A DNA stretch of 20,000 nt from Planctomycetota bacterium (GTDB lineage Bacteria > Planctomycetota > Planctomycetia > JALXBF01): positions 58,099-78,098 of the forward strand of contig JALXBF010000029.1 in the NCBI GenBank assembly GCA_026991575.1. The letters run 5' to 3'. Shown here in pieces: positions 10,349 through 18,403 of the stretch. Within the stretch, counting starts at the first letter, position 1. Each line of letters opens with the position of its first letter. Made by a program: the position numbers and the translations under genes. The notes under the pieces were generated by a model, which was given only the letters and a program-made list of their open reading frames with translations, did not search any database and was not told where the DNA came from.

Positions 10349-12454
10349 CTACTGCTTCTTCACGGTCAGGTAAATGGGGTTCGAAGCGTAGTTGGTGGTG
10401 ATGGAGAACGTGATCGGTACGCGTGCCAGCACCGCGATCGGCAGCCGTTCTACCTCGACGGCGTTTCCGGTGCATTCGAGGACGATCTTCCCTTCCAGCT
10501 GCTTCCCGGTCAGCCGCGTCTGGCTGCCGGCAGCCATTCGCACTCCCGGAGGCAGCTGATCGCCCAGCACGCTGCTGAAGTACTTGAACTGCACGTCCAG
10601 CGTCACCGGGGCGGTGAAGCCCTCCGCCCGTTCAATCCGCACCGTGATTTCCGCCTTTTCGCCGGGCCGTAGCGTGATCTCTTCAGGTGTCGCAACCACG
10701 GCCTTCAAATCGAGCGGCTCGGTAATCCCGACGATCTGTGTGTTGATCGGGTACCGGGCCTGGCCGCCACCGCTTGACTGCTGCTCGCACGTGACATGAC
10801 CGTACTTCTTGATAACCCGCTCCTTTCCGTCGGGCCCCTTGACCGTCGCCCGGCCCCAGACGCGGACCAGCGACGCGTCGATCTTCGCCTCCGGGCTTGC
10901 CTCCAGGATCAACGAGCAGTGATTCATGCCGGCTGGGATGCGTGTTGGTACGAGCCGGACACCTTCGGGCAAGCCGTCGATCCCGATCTCCACCGGGCCG
11001 TTAAAGCCACAGAAACGTTCGATGCGTGCAAACCAGATCATGCGCGTCCCCGGCGCCAGGAACGCGTAGTAGTACTCGCCGTGCAGCTCAAAGTCCGGCC
11101 CAGAAGGCGTCACCGTCAAGTGATACACCATCCTCGGGCCGGTACGCCCATGCAGATCGCGGACTGCCACGTAGAACGTCCCGGCGCGAGGTGCCTGCCA
11201 GTACAGCCGGGAATCTTTGCTACGAGCGAAGTCATCCGTGCGTGCCAGCACCCGCCCCTTCTCGTCCAGGATCTCCAGTACGGTGTCGATGGCACTGCCA
11301 TAGCGGGCCGCTTCGGTCTCGAACCGGTAGTAACGCCCCTTCTCCGCCCGGAAGGCGTAGCAGTCCATGTCTTCTGGCTTGTCCATGCGGCCCGTGACGC
11401 CCATTGGGAGCGACTCTAACAAGGAGGCCTGGGCCGGCGTGTCGTTCGGCTCCGCTTCGGTGATCTCGCCATGCTCCGAAACGCGAAGCCACACGGGGTT
11501 GGTCTTCCGTTCGCCCAACTGGAGCCGAATGCGGTGCCAGCCGGTGGGAAGCTCTTTGAGCTCGTCGGCCACGATGCTGCCGCGAGCCCCCTGCGGCAAC
11601 GCGTACCCGATGAGCGCCAGCTCCACCGGCTCGGAGCGCGATACCGCCATCGGGTAGGGCAACAGTACGACCGGCTCGTTGGTGATTTCCACACAGTACG
11701 TGTACCGTGGATTCCCGGCGTACCGGGTGTCGCGAACTTCCAGCGCGTAGACCCCCGTCTCGGGCAGCGTCACGTGGATCAACGCATCGCCGCCGAAGAA
11801 GTTGTCATTCTGAGCAACCACCTGGCCCGAGGGTCCGTAGAGCGTCAGGATCGGGTCCATCAGATAGATTGACGGACCGCGAACGACCATGTTGTGAAGG
11901 CGGTCCGTGACGCGTTGGGCATAGATCTGGATCGTAATCTCCTGGCCCTTGCTTCCTTCGAACAGGTAGAAATCCACATCCTCGTTCCGCTCACACGTGC
12001 CACACACGGCCGACGGCACCGGCACGTGCTGACCGGCGGCAGGCGAGCCGTTGTCGCCCTGCTTCTCCTCCACAACCGGGTACGGCGTCACCAGCAGCTG
12101 GCCGACGCTGGAGACAGCCTTCCGCGTGGCCACCCGAAACTCGTACACACCGGGCAGCTGGTCCGCCGGCACCTCGATCTCGAACTGAAACGGCGTGCCT
12201 GGCGATGTGCGTCCGCGGCGCGGTGCCGGCTTGGGCTTCGGCTCGGCAAACCGCATCACAATGCCCGGACGATCAAATAGCACCTTGTACGTGCCGTCCA
12301 ACGTGTAGTTCGAACGAACCTGGATGGTCCGTTTGGTTCCGGCTTGTACGGCGACGGGATGCGTGGAGGTAAGCTGGCGGAAACCGATCTGCGCCGGCGC
12401 TGGGGACGCGGCCAGGCAGAACGCAACCAACAACAAACAGATCACGGTGCGCAT
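10349..12454 (-). CDS. Exported planctomycete PPC (pre-peptidase C-terminal) repeat protein with no recognisable protease catalytic domain
   Basis: Signal peptide MRTVICLLLVAFCLAASPAPA-Q. Two repeats: ...EDVDFYLFEGSKGQ...DPILTLYGPSGQVVAQND...GVYALEVRD and EAEPNDTPAQA...EDMDCYAFRAEKG...DTVLEILDEKGRVLARTD...GTFYVAVRD. The C-terminus is beta-rich and Ig-like. Confidence 0.85.
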   Translation of the reverse strand: MRTVICLLLVAFCLAASPAPAQIGFRQLTSTHPVAVQAGTKRTIQVRSNYTLDGTYKVLFDRPGIVMRFAEPKPKPAPRRGRTSPGTPFQFEIEVPADQLPGVYEFRVATRKAVSSVGQLLVTPYPVVEEKQGDNGSPAAGQHVPVPSAVCGTCERNEDVDFYLFEGSKGQEITIQIYAQRVTDRLHNMVVRGPSIYLMDPILTLYGPSGQVVAQNDNFFGGDALIHVTLPETGVYALEVRDTRYAGNPRYTYCVEITNEPVVLLPYPMAVSRSEPVELALIGYALPQGARGSIVADELKELPTGWHRIRLQLGERKTNPVWLRVSEHGEITEAEPNDTPAQASLLESLPMGVTGRMDKPEDMDCYAFRAEKGRYYRFETEAARYGSAIDTVLEILDEKGRVLARTDDFARSKDSRLYWQAPRAGTFYVAVRDLHGRTGPRMVYHLTVTPSGPDFELHGEYYYAFLAPGTRMIWFARIERFCGFNGPVEIGIDGLPEGVRLVPTRIPAGMNHCSLILEASPEAKIDASLVRVWGRATVKGPDGKERVIKKYGHVTCEQQSSGGGQARYPINTQIVGITEPLDLKAVVATPEEITLRPGEKAEITVRIERAEGFTAPVTLDVQFKYFSSVLGDQLPPGVRMAAGSQTRLTGKQLEGKIVLECTGNAVEVERLPIAVLARVPITFSITTNYASNPIYLTVKKQ

Positions 12455-12526
12455 CGGCTCGATCCTGTACGTAGCACTCGGCTGGGTCCAGAGCTCCCTG
12501 CTTGCGCGTTCCGATGGTGCGGTCAG

Positions 12527-13849
12527 CTAGCCCATCAACGGCGGGATCGGACTACCTTCGCACAATTTCATCGGCCGGCCATCAGGGGTCATGTGGATGG
12601 TGTCCAGCGGGATGCCCAGCTTGCTGTACACCGTGGCAGCGATGTCCTCCGGGTGGTACTCGTCTTCAACGACGCGTGCCCCCTCAGCGTCCGTCTTGCC
12701 GATCACCTGGCCGCCGGGCACGCCGGCTCCGGCAAAGACAGCAAACGCCGCCGTGCTCCAATGGTCTCGGCCGGCAGCCGAGTTGATCTTGGGGGTGCGG
12801 CCGAAGTCCGTTAGCCACAGCACCAGCGTTGTCTCCAGCAACCCGCGGCTGTGCAGATCGGTCAACAGAGCGGTAAAGGCCTGGTCGAACGGCGGAAGCT
12901 TGGATTTCAGCGCGCGGAAGTTATTCGTGTGCGTGTCCCAACCCGGACTGGTCACCGTGACAAACCGAACACCCGCTTCGATCAGCCGCCGCGCAAGCAG
13001 GCAGCTCTGACCAAAGCGATTCCGCCCGTACCGATCGCGAACCCGAGGATCTTCAGCACTCAAATCGAACGCCTTCTTGGTGCTCGGCGATGTGACCATC
13101 GCAAATGCCCGTTGGTGATACTCATCCAGCACCCGGAACTCAGGTGATGGCTTCTCCAGATCACGCTGCAGCCGATCGAGCATCGCAAGTGCCTGACGGC
13201 GCCGACTCAGCCGCTCCATGCTCACCCCCCGCGGGGGGACCAGATCGCGCACCGTGAAGTTCGGGTTATTCGGATCACCAACCACCTCGAACGGGTTGTA
13301 CGCGATGCCCAGATACCCGGCAGTGCCCCCGTTGAAACGACGGTCCACCCACGGGCCGATCTGGATGAAGGGCGGCAAGTTGTTGCGGTAACCCTTCTCG
13401 TACGCAACAACCGAACCGTAGCACGGGTAGGTAACCGTTGGGTTGAACCGATGGCCGGACATCATGTAGGCGTCCGCAACCCCATGGCTGCCGTTCTTGG
13501 GATTCAAGCCGCGCAGCACGGCAAATAGCGGCAGGTGCTCCGCCATGCGCGGCAGGTGCTCGCTGAAGACCACCCCCGGCACCTTTGTCTGCACCACACC
13601 GAACTCCCCGCGCACATCAGGGCTGGCCTCCGGCTTCGGATCGAGCGTGTCATGGTGCGAAGTGCCACCGAGTGTCCAGATCAGGATGCAGCTGACGTCC
13701 CTTCCGGAACTCGCGCCCCGGGCAGACTGCGCCCGCAGCAGGCCCGGAAGCGTCACGCCGAGACCAGCCAACGAACCGATCTCCAACAGGAACGTCCTGC
13801 GTGTGGAACGCTGACAATCACCGGTGCGGGCAGGAAACAGACGCAGCAT
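12527..13849 (-). CDS. DUF1501 domain protein with twin-arginine-like N-terminus
   Basis: Motifs TRRTFLLEIG, ILIWTLGGTSHHDTLDPKP, YGRNRFGQSCLLARRLIEAGVRFV, GWDTH and DFGRTPKINSAAGRDHW. AGGAGG lies upstream. Confidence 0.93.
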   Translation of the reverse strand: MLRLFPARTGDCQRSTRRTFLLEIGSLAGLGVTLPGLLRAQSARGASSGRDVSCILIWTLGGTSHHDTLDPKPEASPDVRGEFGVVQTKVPGVVFSEHLPRMAEHLPLFAVLRGLNPKNGSHGVADAYMMSGHRFNPTVTYPCYGSVVAYEKGYRNNLPPFIQIGPWVDRRFNGGTAGYLGIAYNPFEVVGDPNNPNFTVRDLVPPRGVSMERLSRRRQALAMLDRLQRDLEKPSPEFRVLDEYHQRAFAMVTSPSTKKAFDLSAEDPRVRDRYGRNRFGQSCLLARRLIEAGVRFVTVTSPGWDTHTNNFRALKSKLPPFDQAFTALLTDLHSRGLLETTLVLWLTDFGRTPKINSAAGRDHWSTAAFAVFAGAGVPGGQVIGKTDAEGARVVEDEYHPEDIAATVYSKLGIPLDTIHMTPDGRPMKLCEGSPIPPLMG

Positions 13850-13917
13850 CGTACATCATCCTCCTGATCGCATCGTTCGCGCAAGAGCAGCTCTGGGCGG
13901 CGGGCATCCATCAACGG

Positions 13918-13956
13918 CTTGCCATATGATCGCATATTGGCCATACTGTTGGCAAG
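13918..13956. promoter_or_regulatory. Inverted-repeat element CTTGCCA-N25-TGGCAAG; candidate overlapping divergent sigma70 promoters and/or operator
   Basis: Perfect 7-bp arms at 13918-13924 and 13950-13956, with an inner palindrome ATATG-atcg-CATAT (13924-13937). Plus strand reads TTGCCA-N17-CATACT; minus strand reads TTGCCA-N18-GATCAT. It is an AT-rich patch between two divergent genes. Confidence 0.5.
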
Positions 13957-14110
13957 GGCAGCCGGCCGAATGGTAAGCTGCCACTGCGCTAGCAGCAGCT
14001 GGCGCAAGCCAGCGGTCAGACTGTCCAAAGCAGCCTCCCGTTTGCCGCCCGCCCGGTCAAGGACCAGAAGGAGCCGCTTTCGCGTTGGAGCGACTGTGGG
14101 GTAGTCCGGT

Positions 14111-16603
14111 ATGGCAAACCGACCGAATGCGTCTGTTTTCTTCGTGCTGAGCTGCTTGGTAGCGGCAACAGCAGCCCGAGCCGACGACCGGGTGCCACAT
14201 CCCGATCAAGTGCGTGGCCTGCGCGTGGCGCCTCAGCAGTGGACGCTGCGGTCCCAGTGGGAACGGTGTCAGCTCCTGGTGACTGGGCAGTTACGCGATG
14301 GGCGGATCGTTGATCTGACCCGAGCGGTCCGGTATGAACCGTCCGTACCGGGCGTCGTGTCCGTGTCACCACGCGGGCTGGTCACCCCGATTGCGGCTGG
14401 CGAGACCGAGATTGCCATCCGGTTCGGCAAGCATCGTGGGTCCGTAAAAGTACGCGTCCTGCTTGATGCCGGGTGGCCGGCGTTGTCGTATCGCGAGCAT
14501 GTGATCCCAGTGCTGACCAAGGCCGGCTGCAACCAGGGGGCGTGCCATGCGGCTCAGTACGGCAAAGGCGGGCTGAAGCTGTCGCTGGCCGGTTATGCCC
14601 CAGAGCAGGATCTCGGCCCATTGGTTCGAGACTGGGCAGGCCGGCGCATCTCGCGCGTTCGCCCCGAAGACAGCATGCTCCTGCGTAAGCCCACGTTGGC
14701 CATTCCCCACGAGGGCGGCAAGCGGCTGGAGATCGGCTCGTACGAATACACCGTCCTGCTTGACTGGATCCGTCTCGGTACCCCAGGGCTGTTGAAGAAC
14801 GAACCGGAGCTCGTCGATTTGGTTGTCACGCCGGCCGAGCGGCGCTACCGGCTGGGCGAGCGGCAGCAGCTTCGTGCGGTAGCCCTTTACAGCGACGGCA
14901 CTCGCCGCGACGTGACCAGGCTGGCCCGCTTCGACAGCATCTCGGACGGCGTTGTGCAGGTTGACCGGCTCGGGTTGCTGGAAACGGTCGGCCGTGGCCA
15001 AGGAGCGGTCATGGTGCGGTTTCAGGGGCAGGCCAAGGTGTCGCTGGTGCTGGTGCCATATCGGGAAGCTGTCCAGATTACGAACTTCGAGCCGGCTAAC
15101 TTCGTCGACGAGCTCGTCCTGCGCCGCTGGCAGATGCTGGGCATGCAGCCGACCGGACCGGCAACGGATGCGGAATTCATTCGGCGAGCGTTCCTGGACG
15201 CGATCGGCACGCTACCTCCGCCGGAGCGGGTGCGAGAGTTCCTGGCGTCCAAGGATCCGAACAAGCGTGAGAAGCTGGTGGATGAGCTCCTGGGACTAAC
15301 GGGTGATCCCAAACGCGATCGCTGGGTCGATGAGTGGAGCGCGTACTGGGCGTTGAAATGGTGCGATCTGATGCGGGTCAACCGCAACGCCCTAGGTGAA
15401 GGCGGCATGTGGGCCTTCTACAACTGGGTCCGCGCATCATTTCGTGAGAACAAACCGTTTGACCAGTTCGTGCGCGAGATCATCACGGCTCAAGGCTCCT
15501 TGTTCAGCAACGGACCGGCGAACTACTACCGAATCTTTCGTCGACCGGAGGATCTTGCCGAGAACACGATCCAGATCTTCCTGGGTGTTCGCCTGCAGTG
15601 CGCTCGCTGCCACCACCATCCGTTTGAGGCTTACAGCCAGGCAGACTACTACGGCCTCGCAGCGTTCTTCACGCGGGTTGGTTTGAAAACGAGCTATGAC
15701 TTCGGCGCGCTGGGCGGCGAGCAGGTCTTGCTTGTCCGCGATAGCGGCGAGATACGCCACCCGCGGACACGGCAAATCATGAAACCGACCCCGCTCGGGG
15801 GCAAGCCGATCGATACTTCCGGCCTGCGCGACCGGCGCGTGGCGCTGGCCCAGTGGCTGACTTCACCGGATAACAAACTCTTCGCGCGCAACGTCGCGAA
15901 CCGGATCTGGAGCTACTTCATGGGCTCTGGGTTGGTGGAACCCGTCGATGATATGCGCGCCACGAACCCGGCCAGCAACCCCCAGCTCCTCGATGCCCTC
16001 GCCGACTACTTCGTCCAGTCCGGTTACGACCTACGCAAGCTCATGCGGGTGATCATGACGTCGCGCGTCTACCAGTTGAGTTGCCGGCCCCATCCGGATT
16101 TCGTATCCGACCGGCGATTCTACACGCACTACAACGTTAAGCGGCTACCGGCCGAGGTTCTGCTGGATGCCATCGATTTTGCGTGCGGCACCCAGGAACG
16201 CTTTCCCGGCGTACCACTCGGCACCAGGGCCATCGAACTGCCCGACCCGAACTACTCCTCCTACTTCCTGGACACGCTTGGCAGACCCAAGCGAACATCG
16301 ACGTGCGAGTGCGAGCGGACTGCTGATCCGAATCTGGCCCAGGTCCTACACCTGCTCAACGGTGACCTGGTGAACCGAAAAGTCGCCGATGGTTCTGGCC
16401 GGGTGGCCAGACTCCTGAAAGCCAAGAAGCCCGTGCCCGAAATCGTCGAGGAGCTCTACCTTGTGACGCTCAGCCGCTACCCGACCGAAGAAGAGAGGGC
16501 GGCGTGTCAGAAGCTGATCGACACTGCCGCCAGTCCACGCGAAGGGCTGCAGGACGTGCTCTGGGCCCTGCTGAACACCCGCGAGTTCCTCTTCAACCAC
16601 TGA
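14111..16603 (+). CDS. DUF1549/DUF1553 (planctomycete PSD1) domain protein with Ig-like (Big_2) segments and signal peptide
   Basis: Motifs VIPVLTKAGCNQGACH, NFVDELV, DAEFIRRAFLDAIGTLP, FLGVRLQCARCHHHPF, DYYGLAAFF, NKLFARNVANRIW, GLVEPVDD, NPASNPQLLDALA, SRVYQL, RLPAEVLLDAI, CECER and terminal WALLNTREFLFNH. Confidence 0.94.
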   Translation: MANRPNASVFFVLSCLVAATAARADDRVPHPDQVRGLRVAPQQWTLRSQWERCQLLVTGQLRDGRIVDLTRAVRYEPSVPGVVSVSPRGLVTPIAAGETEIAIRFGKHRGSVKVRVLLDAGWPALSYREHVIPVLTKAGCNQGACHAAQYGKGGLKLSLAGYAPEQDLGPLVRDWAGRRISRVRPEDSMLLRKPTLAIPHEGGKRLEIGSYEYTVLLDWIRLGTPGLLKNEPELVDLVVTPAERRYRLGERQQLRAVALYSDGTRRDVTRLARFDSISDGVVQVDRLGLLETVGRGQGAVMVRFQGQAKVSLVLVPYREAVQITNFEPANFVDELVLRRWQMLGMQPTGPATDAEFIRRAFLDAIGTLPPPERVREFLASKDPNKREKLVDELLGLTGDPKRDRWVDEWSAYWALKWCDLMRVNRNALGEGGMWAFYNWVRASFRENKPFDQFVREIITAQGSLFSNGPANYYRIFRRPEDLAENTIQIFLGVRLQCARCHHHPFEAYSQADYYGLAAFFTRVGLKTSYDFGALGGEQVLLVRDSGEIRHPRTRQIMKPTPLGGKPIDTSGLRDRRVALAQWLTSPDNKLFARNVANRIWSYFMGSGLVEPVDDMRATNPASNPQLLDALADYFVQSGYDLRKLMRVIMTSRVYQLSCRPHPDFVSDRRFYTHYNVKRLPAEVLLDAIDFACGTQERFPGVPLGTRAIELPDPNYSSYFLDTLGRPKRTSTCECERTADPNLAQVLHLLNGDLVNRKVADGSGRVARLLKAKKPVPEIVEELYLVTLSRYPTEEERAACQKLIDTAASPREGLQDVLWALLNTREFLFNH

Positions 16604-16644
16604 GCTTCGGCACAGCGGACAGAGAGTCGACCAAAGGGCAGTCA

Positions 16645-17790
16645 ATGCGTCGAGTGTGGACCCGCCGGGACTTCCTCGGAACGTGCGCAACTGCGGCGGC
16701 CGGAGTACCGCTTTTCGCAGCAGCCACTGCCGCCGCCGGTGGTCGCAACGCTCAGGAGCGGAATCTCCTGTACGTGGCCTGTCCCGGGATCCGAAACTAC
16801 CTCCAGTTTGGCGGTGCCGGCGTGCTGGTGTTCGACATGGACCGCGGCCACCGTCTCGTGAAGCGGATCGAAACGCCGGCCAGCACGGTGGCAAAGCCGG
16901 AGAACATCAAAGGTATCTGTGCCAGCGCACGGACCAAACGGCTGTACTTCACGACGCTCACCAGGTTGTTCTGCGTCGACTTGCTCACAGAAGAGACCCT
17001 CTGGCACCGCTCCTATGACGGCGGCTGCGACCGGCTGGCGATTCATCCCAGCGGTAAGTGGCTCTACGTCCCGAGCCTCGAGAAAGACCATTGGCACGTG
17101 ATCGATGCTCTGGATGGACGGATTCTGAAGCGGATTCAGTTCCGCGAACCGAAAGGGGCGCACAACACGATCTGCTCCCTGGACGGCAGCCGCGTTTTCC
17201 TGGCCGGGCTACGCTCGCGCTGGCTACACGTGTTGGACACAGGCAGCAATGAGATCGTGGGCAAGGTTGGCCCGTTCTCGGCGCCGATTCGGCCGTTCAC
17301 AGTCAATGGCCGAGCCACTCGGTGTTACTGCTGCGTGAATGACCTGCTGGGCTTCGAAGTCGGTGATCTACAGACGGGACGGTTTCTGAAACGGGTCGAG
17401 GTGCGGGGCTTTCGCCGCGGGCCAGTCAAGCGGCACGGCTGTCCGAGCCACGGCATCGGTATGACGCCGGACGAGCGCGAACTGTGGGTGGTGGACGCGT
17501 ACAACCAGGCGCTGCACGTGTTTGCCATCGACGGTGATCGGATCGAACAAACTACGAGCATCACCGGCCTGAGGGAGCAGCCGGGCTGGGTGATGTTCTC
17601 GTTGGATGGCCGCTACGCGTACCCGTCGACCGGCGAGGTGATCGATACGAAGCGTAAGCGCGTTGTCGCGGCGCTGTATGACGAGGACGGACGCGAAGTT
17701 CACAGCGAGAAGATGGTTCACGTCGTCTTCGCGGAGAACCACCCGGTCCGAACGGGAGACCAGTTCGGCATCGGTCGCCTGGCAGGCTAG
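16645..17790 (+). CDS. Tat-exported YncE/YVTN-like beta-propeller protein
   Basis: Start moved from 16504, which overlaps the upstream gene, to ATG 16645: MRRVWTRRDFLGTCATAAAGVPLFAAATAAA. Blade-like repeats: LAIHPSGKWLYV, ICSLDGSRVFL, IGMTPDERELWV and VMFSLDGRYAY. Confidence 0.87.
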   Translation: MRRVWTRRDFLGTCATAAAGVPLFAAATAAAGGRNAQERNLLYVACPGIRNYLQFGGAGVLVFDMDRGHRLVKRIETPASTVAKPENIKGICASARTKRLYFTTLTRLFCVDLLTEETLWHRSYDGGCDRLAIHPSGKWLYVPSLEKDHWHVIDALDGRILKRIQFREPKGAHNTICSLDGSRVFLAGLRSRWLHVLDTGSNEIVGKVGPFSAPIRPFTVNGRATRCYCCVNDLLGFEVGDLQTGRFLKRVEVRGFRRGPVKRHGCPSHGIGMTPDERELWVVDAYNQALHVFAIDGDRIEQTTSITGLREQPGWVMFSLDGRYAYPSTGEVIDTKRKRVVAALYDEDGREVHSEKMVHVVFAENHPVRTGDQFGIGRLAG

Positions 17791-18175
17791 TTTGCTGTGT
17801 GACGACGCCGATCGGCACAAACGCGGCAGCGCGACGGCGTGATCCCGACGGCTTCGGGCATGGCAGAGTCTTCTGTTCGTTCGCGTGCAGCGCTGCCGAG
17901 CGGTCGCTGACGGACTCATGCACCGCGTCTGCGACTTCACGCAGCCAGGATGCTGTCGGTAGCTCCAGCCGTCTGTCGCGGCGCAGCTGAGGCCGCAGGT
18001 GGGACGCCTATCCGAGCCCCCTGCCCGTGGGACACAGAGCCCGCGTGCACAGGGTCAACGGCTGGCTAGCAAGCAGTCGGCCCCGTCGGCGCGGACCGTC
18101 TGCGTGCCGGCTCGCTCAGGGCCATGCCGGTCAGCTGAATGCGGTTCGGAGGCAACGGCACCTAGCAGGACGCGG

Positions 18176-18340
18176 TCAGGACTTCTTGGACGTCTTGGCC
18201 GCAACGGCGACGTAGACTCGCTCGACTTTGGCCGACCCGCATTTCGGGCACTTGACCCGTTTCTTGCCGTATTCCTCGAAACTCATCTTGACGGTGAACG
18301 TTTCGCCGCACTTTGTGCACCGATAGTCGTAGTATGGCAT
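18176..18340 (-). CDS. FmdB family zinc-ribbon protein (54 aa)
   Basis: Manual translation: MPYYDYRCTKCGETFTVKMSFEEYGKKRVKCPKCGSAKVERVYVAVAAKTSKKS*. It matches MPxYxYxCxxC...CPxCGS, with AAAGGGGGTG upstream. It is shorter than any ORF in the supplied track. Confidence 0.93.
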   Translation of the reverse strand: MPYYDYRCTKCGETFTVKMSFEEYGKKRVKCPKCGSAKVERVYVAVAAKTSKKS

Positions 18341-18403
18341 GCCGCTCACCCCCTTTGAGCCTCTGGCGCCGTGTCGCTTGCTGGAATCGCCCGCACCGGC
18401 TGG

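Noticed and set aside
10349..12454. Calling the PPC protein a serine protease
   Set aside because: No subtilase Asp/His/Ser motifs (such as GTSMA) or HExxH are visible, only PPC/Ig-like repeats.
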